The notes beneath the pieces were generated by a model. The model had not been told where the DNA came from. It ran no database searches and worked only from the letters and a program-made list of their open reading frames with translations. Shown one piece after another: positions 26,457-37,848 of a DNA stretch of 64,000 nucleotides. Source of the DNA: Malacoraja senta (lineage: Eukaryota); contig JAXLNO010000480.1 of NCBI GenBank assembly GCA_038087875.1, positions 1-64,000 of the forward strand, given 5' to 3'. Numbering within the stretch: the first letter of the stretch is position 1; each line of letters starts with the position of its first letter. The position numbers were made by a program, and so were the translations under genes.

Positions 26457-28656
26457 AAATGTTGCTACATTTTATGTCAAATAAATCTATCCCCTACTTA
26501 ACAGGATTCAGTGACCTGCCATCTACCATTTTCTGTGGTGTGAATTTCAATGGCTCACCATATTCACAATGAAGAAATGTCTCAGCCCTAAATGTTTCAC
26601 ACCTTATCTTGCGTCCAAAACCCCTTGTTCCAGATCCTACAGTCACTGGAAATATCTTTATGTATCGAGTCTGTCTAGCTCTGCTTTGAATGTTGTTTAA
26701 TTTAGAGAGGTCATGTTTAAGTCTTCCAAACTCCAGTGACTACTGGCTCAGTCAGCTCCTCCTCTCCTTACACATTATTCCTGCCATTCCAGGAATCAGT
26801 CTGGTCAGCCTTGGCTGCATTACATCTGTGGCTGAAAAACCCTTTCTCCGATAAGGAGAGCACAAAGACATGTTTGGAGAGACATGGGCCAGGCACAGCC
26901 AATTGTGATGGGGTCAGTTGGACATCTTGGTCAGCATGTGTGTGTTGGGTCGATGTGCCTATTTCCATGCTCTACAGCTCTATGACTCTCTGCTGCATCT
27001 GTGTAGATTTGGCAAGTAACTCAACTGACTGACATCACCTGGAAACCTCTTTGCATCCTCTTTGCTTCTCCTACTTACTCTCAGTTTCATGTCATCAAAC
27101 TTAGAAACATTAAATTTGTTTCCTTGTCAATACCATTGATGAACATTGAAAATAAAGGACTCAAGAACTGGATTGATTCTGGATCATTCATCACCAACTG
27201 CCACCCTAATGAAGTCTTCTCTCTGTTTCCTGTCTGTTTAATAATTTTCAATTCATGCCTGTTTAATATTGTCTAATCCACATATTAAAAAATTCAAAGA
27301 CTTTCTAAAAATTTGTCACATCCTCTTGTTCTCCCTGAAATAAACAAAAACAATCTGCTGGAGGGACTCAGTGGTTCAGGCAGCATCTGTCGAGGAAAAT
27401 GTGCAGATGACCCTGTATCGTGACCCTTCTTCAGTTGCCAATGGTCATCTGTCCATTTACTTCCACAGATGATTCCTGATCCACAAATTCCCTCCAGCAG
27501 TTTGCTCTTTGCTCGTGTTTCCAGAATCTGCAAACTCTTGGGTCTCCACATCTTCTCCCTTATCTATTCTACATGGTACATCACCATCATCTCCAATAGA
27601 TTTGTTAGCCATGATTTCGCTTACATAAATTCAAAAAGACATTGTCTTATCGCATAAATTATTTTAAAATATCCAAACACTGTTTTGGAACCTGGAAACA
27701 CCAAACCAGGTTGGAGATTGAAATATTTTTAATGAATAAAGAGCAGTCATTTAGTAGAGAGAAACACCACTATTTTATTTTTTAATCAGTGGAAAGTAGC
27801 AAAAATAATGTTAAAAATTATGCTTTTTGGTCAAGACACCAACAATGCAATAGTTAGTTACTATCCTTATAATAAATACATCCTCAGCACACATGCCCCA
27901 TGTTCTGTTCTCACGTATTAAAAAAATCTCATAGTAATAAAAAATTACATAAATAGTATTATACGGAATTACTTTTAAATGTAAAGGGTAAATAGAGACG
28001 TTGTTTCTGAAGATAACATCAGCGTAAAAGATGAAGGATCTGTGTTAGGCCCTGTTTACACTTCTGCTGTGAAACTCAGCAAGTGCCCCAATGGAGACAT
28101 TTGCACCAGATAAGACAGGTGATGATCCCAGTGTTTAGAATGTGAGAGTGACGGACAGTGTGAGTTGGAGGGGGAGATGAGATGAATTACGAAGATAAAG
28201 ATTCAGGGACTGGGGAAAAATATCAAAACAGAGGGTGAGCAGCAATAAAAACAAATTGTATTTCTCTGCAGAATTCACACAATATGGGGGAAATGAGTTG
28301 TTAACCTGGATTAAGGAAGGAGCCTGATTAGATTTCTTGTCACAATGAGGACGACACTAACTCCTGAGCTGATGATGAGCTGCACTTTGTGATTCCCTCC
28401 AGAAATTTTGCTTATAAATCTTTGTTTTTGGATATGGGCCTTAGTGCTTAGGCTTCCATTTTTAACCCATGAGGATGTGACCATCCTTATTTCACCACTG
28501 AGGTGTTTAGTAAATTATGTAAATGATAGTAGTAGGCCCCACAAATAACAAAGGACCACCAACATCGTTCTTGATGTTGCTGTACTGAGGGACAACAAAG
28601 TCTATCTTTCTTGGCTAACAACCTAACCTTCAGCCTCCAAGATGCAGGTACATTTT

Positions 28657-29760
28657 CTAGCAATGTTACAAAATTTTGAGATATTAAAAATCAAGTCTGC
28701 AATTTATCCCATCAGATAAAGCATAAAAAGTTTAATTTGACACCTAATTCACTTTCATATCTTCAGTATTAATAAACTTATGGCCATTTTCATACTCGGA
28801 AATTAGTATCTTGTTCCCTATTGCTTTTCCATTGACTTAACACAAAAGCTGTGATCGAGGACAGTCAAAAGCCCATAACCTTCTTAAAAATTAAGAGAAC
28901 TGAATGAAATTTTCAGTTATTATAGATTGAAGCATTCTGAAACAAATATAAAACATCTTACTTGGATGACCTGAAATTAAAGCATATAATTAGTTAATTA
29001 CCTAATTGTAGCTAATTACAAAATTGACCGTTGTGACGGAAATAGTAATAAACAGCCAGACTGCCTTGAAAATTCAAAAATGTGATATTCTCAAGATCAG
29101 AACTTTAATATTATTGTATTATATGCTGTAAGTCTGTAACAGATAGGTAAATACATTACAATTTCTAGCAATAGACTAGGTCTTTAAGGAGAAGATCAGT
29201 TGCTAGCTGGTACATTGGCATATCATAATCAGTAGCATCATCATACTCCTCAGATTGTAACCAATAAGCAACTCTGTACACCTTGTTTTTCCTCAACTTT
29301 TCCATTTTGGCATTGTAAACTACAAGTTTTTGCTCTTTAAATCACGCATGACATGCCTTTCTGCCCACTACTTTCCCTTTAAGAATCTCCTGTAGATTCC
29401 CTTTCTTAAGAAAAGGATAATTTAAAACAAATAGCCTAAGTATCCAAATAACAAACTAATCCCATTCACACAAGAATTCACAATATAACATGATTTTTAA
29501 ATCTCATTGCCATGAATTTATATGCCAGATGGAAGGAATTTAATGTTTAATTCCCATAAACTAATCTAGAAACATCCACTCAATATAATCAAAATCTCTG
29601 TAGAACCTGCAATGTGGTGTTACATATATATTGCAATCAGTGATGGAAATGGGTTTTAGGACTGGGGATACGCTAAGATCCGTGAGGCTGAGGTTGGGCA
29701 GGAAGGGGGGGGAGGGGGCAGTCGCTATAAGCCCCCCATGAGAAATTTTATCTAACACTG
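28657..29760. mobile_element. Possible DNA-transposon fragment
   Basis: AT-rich block ending aattttatctaacactg (CAGTG terminus on the - strand). Partner end not found. Confidence 0.3.
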
Positions 29761-30158
29761 ATATTGAAGATAGACAAAAGCTGGAGTAGCTCAGCAGGAC
29801 AGGCAGCGCAGCGACTCTGGAGAGAAGACCCTTCTTCAGACTGAACTGAACTCTTGTCGGTGAGAGTACTTGTGATTGTCTAAAGAAGGGTCTCGACCAG
29901 AAACGCAACCCTCTCCCCAGAGCCCCTGCCCATCCCGCTGAGCCACCACAGACAGGGAGTTGAAGGTAGACACAGGGGGGTCCACCTTCAACTTCAGAGC
30001 CAAACAAAAAACACAGAGTGCTGGAGGAACTCAGCGGGCAAGGCAGCACCCGCGGAGGGAACAGATCATTGATCAGGAGCCGCCACGGGCCAGGACTCTC
30101 CCCCCCCACCCCCGAACAGAAAGGAACCGCAGATGCAGCCGTCACTGCAAAACGTCTA

Positions 30159-30364
30159 AGAAGGAACTGCAGATGCTGGAAAATCGAAGGTAGACAAAAA
30201 TGCTGGAGAAACTCAGTGGGTGAGGCAGCAACTATGTAGCGAAGGAAATAGCCAACGTTTCGGACCAGGTCTGAAGAAGGGTTTCGACCCGAAACGATGC
30301 CTATTTCCTTTGCTCCATAGATGCTGCCTCACCCGCTGAGTTTCTCCAGCATTTTTGTCTACCA
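30159..30364. mobile_element. Penelope-derived palindromic element with hammerhead-like core
   Basis: Inverted arms around ctgaagaagggtttcgacccgaaac (30271-30295). Related copies at ~27350-27540, 29770-29940, 47970-48160, 49700-49870 and 63145-63280. Confidence 0.72.
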
Positions 30365-30781
30365 CAAAACGTCAATGATTCCGGGAATGCCGAGAGAGCT
30401 GGAGAGAGACGAGATGGGGAGCGGGAGAGAGAGAGCGCACGAGAGAGAGAGAGGGAGGGAGAGAGCGAAAGACAGAGAGACACAATGTGGGTCAGTAGGT
30501 CCATGCATTGATGACACATTGTATAACTACTTGCCAACTACTGGCTGTTAACAAGTGCTACAATAATAGTTCACAAATCGTTTGTGTCTGACGGCCGTGC
30601 AGCGGTTGTTATCCATGTTCGTTTTGTAAAAAAATCCGTATGGCGAATGTTAAAAAAAAATCTTTATTTAACAAAGCGAATATGTATTTCCGTACGAAAT
30701 ACGGAAAATTAACGCGGGGCTCCCCTTAGGCGCGGGCCCCAATTGGGAGAAATCGGTCCAATCGGCTTAAGGTCGGCCCTG

Positions 30782-33700
30782 CCCTGACTCTACTATCTTC
30801 AAGAGCCCTATCTAGTTCTCTCTTGAAAGCATCCAGCGAACCGACCTCCACAACCCTCTGAGGCAGAGAATTCCACACTCACAACCCTGTGTGAAAAAGT
30901 TTTTCCTCATCTCCATTCCAAATGGCTTGCCCCTTATTCTTAAACTGTGATCCCTGGTTCTGGACTCTCCCAACAGCAGGAACAAATGTCCTGCCTCTAA
31001 TGTGTCCAAACCCTTAATAATCTTATATGTTTCAATAAGATCCCCTCTCATCCTTCTAAATTCCAGAGTATACAAGACCAGCCGCTCCATTCTCTCAGCA
31101 TATGACAGTCCCGTCATCCCGGGAATTAACCTTGTAAACCCACGCTGCACTCCCTCAATAGCAAGAATGTCCTTCCTCATATTAGGGGACCAAAACTGCG
31201 CACAATACTCCAGGTGTGGTCTCACTAGGGCCCTGTACAACTGCAGAAGGACCTCTTTGCTTCTATACTCAACTCCTCTTGTTTGAATCCTTTATCCTTT
31301 AAATGTAAAGGATGCCCTTTGTGTTCATATTAAACCTTATCATCTCACCTCAAACCCGTGTCCTCTGGTTCTTGATAACCCCACACTGGATAAAAGGCTC
31401 TGTTCATTCAGCCTATCTATTCCCCTCAATAATTCAACTATCTCAGCCTCCTGCACTCCAAGGAATAAAGTCTGAGGGAGCACAATTTTTCAGGCCCATA
31501 CAGCTGATCCAATATTGGTCTCAACACCACCTTCCCACTTTCCCCACGTCTCCTGACTCATGTTGAGTTTATAGTCAATCATCCTCTACCTTGAACATTG
31601 TCAATGTCTCAGCCTCTGCAGCTCCTTTGGGAAGATGACATCAAAAACTGTTGTGCCAGTCAGAGCAATATGGGATGACTTTGGTATAATGACAAAACAT
31701 TGTCCTCAATGAGAACTGTGCAATGGTCTTCTGATTTCTGCCAAAGCCATGGTCAACAGATTCACCTGTTGCAGGTGGACAGGAGAGGAGGAGGTCAAGT
31801 AGGTCAATCCCTTGTGTTGGCTCATTCTCTACCTGCTGTAGAAAGAGCCTGGCAGACACATCCTTCAGGGTTTGGCCATCTCAGTGAGTGGTCGTGTGAC
31901 CAAGCCACTCCCAATGATGGATGCTGAGGTCCACACCCAGTGTACACTCTGTACTCTTGCTTCTTTTAGAAACATAGAAACATAGAAATTAGGTGCAGGA
32001 GTAGGCCATTCGGCCCTTCGAGCCTGCACCGCCATTCAATATGATCATGGCTGATCATCCAACTCAGTATCCCGTACCTGCCTTCTCTCCATACCCTCTG
32101 ATCCCTTTAGCCACAAGGGCCACATCTAACTCCCTCTTAAATATAGCCAATGAACTGGCCTCGACTACCCTCTGTGGCAGAGAGTTCCAGAGATTCACCA
32201 CTCTCTGTGTGGAAAAAGTTATTCTCATCTCGGTTTTAAAGGATTTCCCCCTTATCCTTAAGCTGTGACCCCTTGTCCTGGACTTCCCCAACATCGGGAG
32301 CAATCTTCCTGCATCTAGCCTGTCCAACCCCTTAAGAATTTTGTAAGTTTCTATAAGATCCCCTCTCAATCTCCTAAATTCTAGAGAGTATAAACCAAGT
32401 CTATCCAGTCTTTCTTCATAAGACAGTCCTGACATCCCAGGAATCAGTCTGGTGAACCTTCTCTGCACTCCCTCTATGGCAATAATGTCCTTCCTCAGAT
32501 TTGGAGACCAAAACTGTACGCAATACTCCAGGTGTGGTCTCACCAAGACCCTGTACAACTGCAGTAGAACCTCCCTGCTCCTATACTCAAATCCTTTTGC
32601 TATGAAAGCTAACATACCATTCGCTTTCTTCACTGCCTGCTGCACCTGCATGCCTACTTTCAATGACTAGTGTACCATGACACCCAGGTCTCGCTGCATC
32701 TCCCCTTTTCCTAGTCGGCCACCATTTAGATAATAGTCTGCTTTCCTGTTTTTGCAACCAAAATGGATAACCTCACATTTATCCACATTATACTGCATCT
32801 GCCAAACATTTGCCCACCCACCCAGCCTATCCAAGTCACCTTGCAGTCTCCTAGCATCCTCCTCACAGCTAACACTGCCCCCCCAGCTTAGTGTCATCCG
32901 CAAACTTGGAGATATTGCCTTCAATTCCCTCATCCAGCTCATTAATATATATTGTAAATAGCTGGGGTCCCAGCCCTGAGCCTTGCGGTACCTCACTCTT
33001 TGCTTCCTGTTTGCCAGCCAGTTCTCTATCCACATCAATACTGAACCCCCAATGCCATGTTCTTTAAATTTGTATCCTAATCTCTTATGTGGTACCTTGT
33101 CGAAAGCCTTCTGAAAGTCCAGATACAACACATCCACTGGTTCTCCCCTATCCACTCTACTAGTTACATCCTCGAAAAATTCTATAAGATTCGTCAGACA
33201 TGATTTACCTTTCGTAAATCCATGCTGACTTTGTCCAATGATTTCACCACTTTCCAAATATGCTGCTATCCCATCTTTAATAACTGACTCTAGCAGTTTC
33301 CCCACTACCGATGTTAGATTAACAGGTCTGTAATTCCCCATTTTCTCTCTCCCTCCCTTCTTAAAAAGTGGGGTTACGTTTGCTACCCGCCAATCCTCAG
33401 GAACTACTCCAGAATCTAAAGAGTTTTGAAAGATTATTACTAATGCATCCACTATTTCTGGAGCTACTTCCTTAAGTACTCTGGGATGCAGCCTATCTGG
33501 CCCTCGGGATTTATCGGCCTTTAATCCATTCAATTTACCCAAAACCACTTCCCGACTTTTAATGTCATTCGAGATTTTGCTCAGCTGACCAATAAAGGTG
33601 GGCATTCAATAGGACAGTGAAAGCTTCCCAATGGTGAAATCTGTGGAATCCTTCCCATGAAGAGGCAAGTGAGGAAAAAGTATGTTCTTTCTCCTTTCAC

Positions 33701-34408
33701 CAGGGCCAATCCTCTCTCCGGGAATGGTTCAGTTTATCCTAATGGGTACAATGGAATTGCCAGCATGTTTAATGAACACAACCCTCTATGGAGGTTTTTT
33801 CATCATGAAATGGCAGGACCTCCCTGGATTGTATGTACTCTCTCATGGAACATCAGGCCCAGCAGGATGCAGCAAAGCACCTGGAGCTCTCCCATTTGAG
33901 ATCCATTCGAAATGTTCAAAATCCCAAAGGTGCAAGTTCAATTCCAGATGGAATCTTTATTTGTTGTATATTTCTATATCTGAACCCATTTGTATCAACA
34001 CCAGTGGTGCCGGAACACTGAGCTGGAGGGGGAGTGTCATTTAGTTTGACAAGAGGCAGTGTCAGTTACTGTGCAGTGTGAGGGAATCTCAGCTTGTCCT
34101 GTGCTGGGCTCAAAGCCACGTTGCTCCTTCTCCAGAATTCCACACAAGTTCCTCTGCAGAAGGTCAGTAAACTTCAGACATTATTCTTCATTGGTTATAG
34201 TGGATTAAATGAACGGGATTAAATGATTGAAATGTAGTATGCAAAACTGATGTACTTCTTCAAATGTTATTGTGAAATGTGTTCTCCTTACAATGATGGT
34301 GTCTTCACTAAAAAGGGAACAAATGTCATTATTTTTGCTACATCCGACTGATTAAAATCTAAAATAGCGGTGTTTCTCTTGACTATTCAAATGCACTTTA
34401 TTCTTTCC
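30782..34408. repeat. Segmental duplication copy 2, interrupted by a young CR1
   Basis: Collinear with 13091-15128. Confidence 0.92.
31969..33555 (-). mobile_element. Young 5'-truncated CR1 insertion with apparent 6-bp TSD (ctttta)
   Basis: Absent from copy 1 (empty site gcttcttttaatgtc at ~14271-14285). ctttta at 31963-31968 and 33556-33561. Confidence 0.9.
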
Positions 34409-34932
34409 CACATTTCAAATTTCCTGTTTCCTACCTGCTGTATGAAAAGATTGCAATATATAACCTTGTTTGTTGTTTCTGTTTTCCGAAACAATGTTTT
34501 GATCTTGAAAAAAAAGAAATTGTTGGATGAATCATTTTCCTCCACAGATGCTGCCTGAGCCGCTGAGTTCCTCCAGGAATTTGTTTTGGGTTTTTTTGCT
34601 TCAGAGAGAAGTGGATGTGTTGAATTTTCAGAAGGTCTTTGATAAAACCATGCATAAAAGATCAACAAGGAATATTAAAATATGTGGATTTGGCAATGCT
34701 CAACTGGGATGGATTGAAAATTCTTTAGCAGGCTAGGAACCGAGACTTCTTTTGTGTGGCACATGGTGACTAATGAGCCATCATTGAAACCATTGCTTGA
34801 GCCTGTTATTTTCAATGTACATTAATGATTTTGACAAGTAAGTAAATTTAATATTTCTAAGTTTTATGACATGAAACTGAGAGCAATTAGGAGAAGCAAA
34901 GAGGATGCAAAGAGTTTTCCAGGTGATCTCAG

Positions 34933-37185
34933 TCAATAGACAATAGACAATAGGTGCAGGAGCAGGCCATTCGGCCCTTCGAGCCAGCACCGCCATTCAA
35001 TGTGATCATGGCTGATCATCCCCAATCAGTAGCCCGTTCCTGCCTTCTCCCCATATCCCCTGACTCCGCTACTTTTAAGAGCCCTATAGAAACATAGAAA
35101 TAGGTGCAGGAGTAGGCCATTCGGCCCTTCGAGCCTGCACCGCCATTCAATATGATCATGGCTGATCATCCAACTCAGTATCCTGTACCTGCTTTCTCTC
35201 CATACCCCCTGATCCCTTTAGCCACAAGGGCCAGATCTAACTCCCTCTTAAATATAGCCAATGAACTGGCCTCAACTACATTCTGTGGCAGAGAATTCCA
35301 GAGACACTATCTAGCTCTCTCTTGAAAGCATCCCTCTGAGGCAGAGAATTCCACAGACTCACCACTCTCTGTGAGAAAAAGTGTTTCCTCATCTCCGTTC
35401 TAAATGGCTTACTTCTTATTCTCAAACTGTGGCCCCTGGTTCTGGACCCCCAACATCGGGAACATGTTTCCTGCCTCTAGCGTGTCCAAACCCTTAACAG
35501 GCTGAGATGTTTCAATGAGATCCCCTCTCATCCTTCTAAACTACAGAGTGTACAAGCCCAGCTTCTCCATTCTCTCAGCATATGACAGTCCCGCCATCCC
35601 GGGAATTAACCTTGTAAACCTACGCTGTACTCCCTCAATAGCAAGAATGTCCTTCTTCTAATTAGGGGACCTAAACTGCACACAATACTCCAGGTGTGGT
35701 CTCACTAGGGCTCTGTACAAATGCAGAAGGACCTCTTTGATCCTGTATTCGATTCTTCTTGTTATCAAGGCCAACATGCCATTCGCTTTCTTCACTGCCT
35801 GCTGTACCTGCATGCTTACTTTCATAGACTGATGAACAAGGACCCCCAGATCCCGTTGTACGTCCCCTTTTCCCAACTTGACACCATTTCGATAGCAATC
35901 TGCCTTCCTGTTTTTGCTACCAAAGTGGATAACCTCACATTTATCCGCATTGAAATTCATCTGCCATACATCTGCCCACTCCCCCAACCTGTCTAAGTCA
36001 CCCCTGCATTCTCATTGCATCCTCCTCACAGCTCACACTGCCAACCAGCTTTGTGTCATCTGCAAATTTGCTAATGTTACTTTGAATCTCTTCATCCAAA
36101 CATTGATGTATATTGTAAATAGTTGCGGTCCCAGCACCGAGCCTTGCCGTACCCCACTAGTCACTGCCTGCCATTCTGAAAGGGACCCATTAATCCCTAC
36201 TCTTTGTTTCCTCTGCCAATCACTTCTCTATCCATGTCAGCACTCTACCCCCAATACCATGTGCCCTAATTTTGCCTTCTAATCTCCTATGTGGGACCTT
36301 ATCAAATGCTTTCTGAAAGTCCAGGTACACTACATCCACTGGCTCTCCCTTGTCCATTTTCCTAGTTGCTTATTTAAATAATTCCAGAAGATTTGTCAAG
36401 CATGATTTCCCCTTCGTAAATCCATGCTAACTCGGACCGATCCTGTTACTGCTATCCAAATGTGCGGCTATTTCATCTTTTATAATTGACTCCAGCATCT
36501 TCCCCACCACCGATATCAGGCTAACTGGTCTATAATTCCGTTTTCTCTCTCGCTCCTTTCTTGAAAAGTGGGATGACATTAGCTATCCTCCAATCCACAG
36601 GAACTGATCCTGAATCTATTGAACATTGGAAAATGATCACCAATGCATCCACTATTTCTAGACCCACCTCCATGAGGACCTTGGGATGCAGACCATCAGG
36701 CCCAGGGGATTTATCATCCTTCAGTCTCATTAGACTACCCTATACTATTTCTCACCTGATAAACATTTCTTTCAGTTCATCTACCCCCTTAGATCCTCTG
36801 TCCTCCAGTATTTCTGGGAGATTGTTTGTGTCTTCCTTAGTGAAGACAGATCGGAAGTACCTGTTCAACTCTTCTGCCATTTCCTTGTTACCCATAATAA
36901 TTTCACCCGTGTCTGCCTTCAAGGGACCCACATTTGACTTTGCTATTATTTTTCCCTTAACATATCTAAAGAAGCTTTTACTGTCCTTCTTTATATTCCT
37001 GGCCAGCTTCCCTTCGTACTTCATCTTTTCAGCCCGTATAGCCCGTTTTGTTTCCTTCTGTTATCCTATGAAAGTTTCCCAATCCTGTCTTCCGGCTACT
37101 CTTTGCTGTGTTGTACATCTTTTCTTTTAGTTTTATTCTATCCCTAACTTCTGATGTCAGCCACGGTTGCCTCCCACTTCCCTTA
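34933..37185 (-). mobile_element. CR1 LINE fragment with a second CR1 3' end nested at ~35087-35302
   Basis: ORFs 36752, 36530 and 35658; two consecutive 3' tails. Confidence 0.9.
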
Positions 37186-37311
37186 GTTGAGACAAAATCA
37201 GGAAGTAAAACAGCCCAGAGATCAAAATAGACGAATCATTGTGGTTGAATTGCATAAAAGCTCTTAATGCAGTCTTAACCATTGCTCTGAATTTTGCTTC
37301 AGGTCCTGAAT
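37184..37311 (+). promoter_or_regulatory. Candidate promoter/enhancer of the Ig receptor gene (ETS + RUNX motifs)
   Basis: CAGGAAGT at 37199-37206 and TGTGGTT at 37240-37246, ~0.5 kb upstream of the leader exon. Diverged paralogue at ~25710-25820. Confidence 0.4.
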
Positions 37312-37760
37312 GTGATATGAGTTTGTATGTTGGTTGCACCAAGCTTCAGTGCGTCCCTCAGCACGTTTTCCTGCCGTCTGGAGTGGGTCAAGTGGCAACA
37401 TTCCCTGATGGACCACACTTTGACATATCGTTGCTTCATTCCTCAGCACAGTAACAGTATGTGGGAGATGGGACAATGTTCCTGTCCTTGTAATCCAGCC
37501 TTTGACCCACAGTGAGCAGCACCAGAACGGAAGTATTGCAATTGAAGTTTTATCTTTAGAAACAAAATAGACACTTCCTCAATCTTATTCAATGCCTGAG
37601 CATTGAAGGCAAGCATACCATACGCCTTCTTCACTACCCTAACTACTTGTGCTGCCACTTTCCGTGAGCTATCAACGTGGACTCCAAATGCACTGATGAT
37701 ATGTGTCTCAAAGTGGCTCAGTCTAAAATTCTATGTTTTTTCCCACAGGGAATCCACAAA

Positions 37761-37848
37761 ATGAGGCCCAGGTTTTTCTGCAGCAGTTTGCCAGCTGGTT
37801 TGATGTTCGGTGTCTTTGTTTTCCTGCTTCGACCTGTTTCCACACAGA
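37761..37848 (+). CDS. Ig receptor leader exon
   Basis: MRPRFFCSSLPAGLMFGVFVFLLRPVSTQ, then A|GTAAGT (phase 1). Acceptor ttttcccacag at 37748 implies an upstream 5'UTR exon. Confidence 0.72.
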
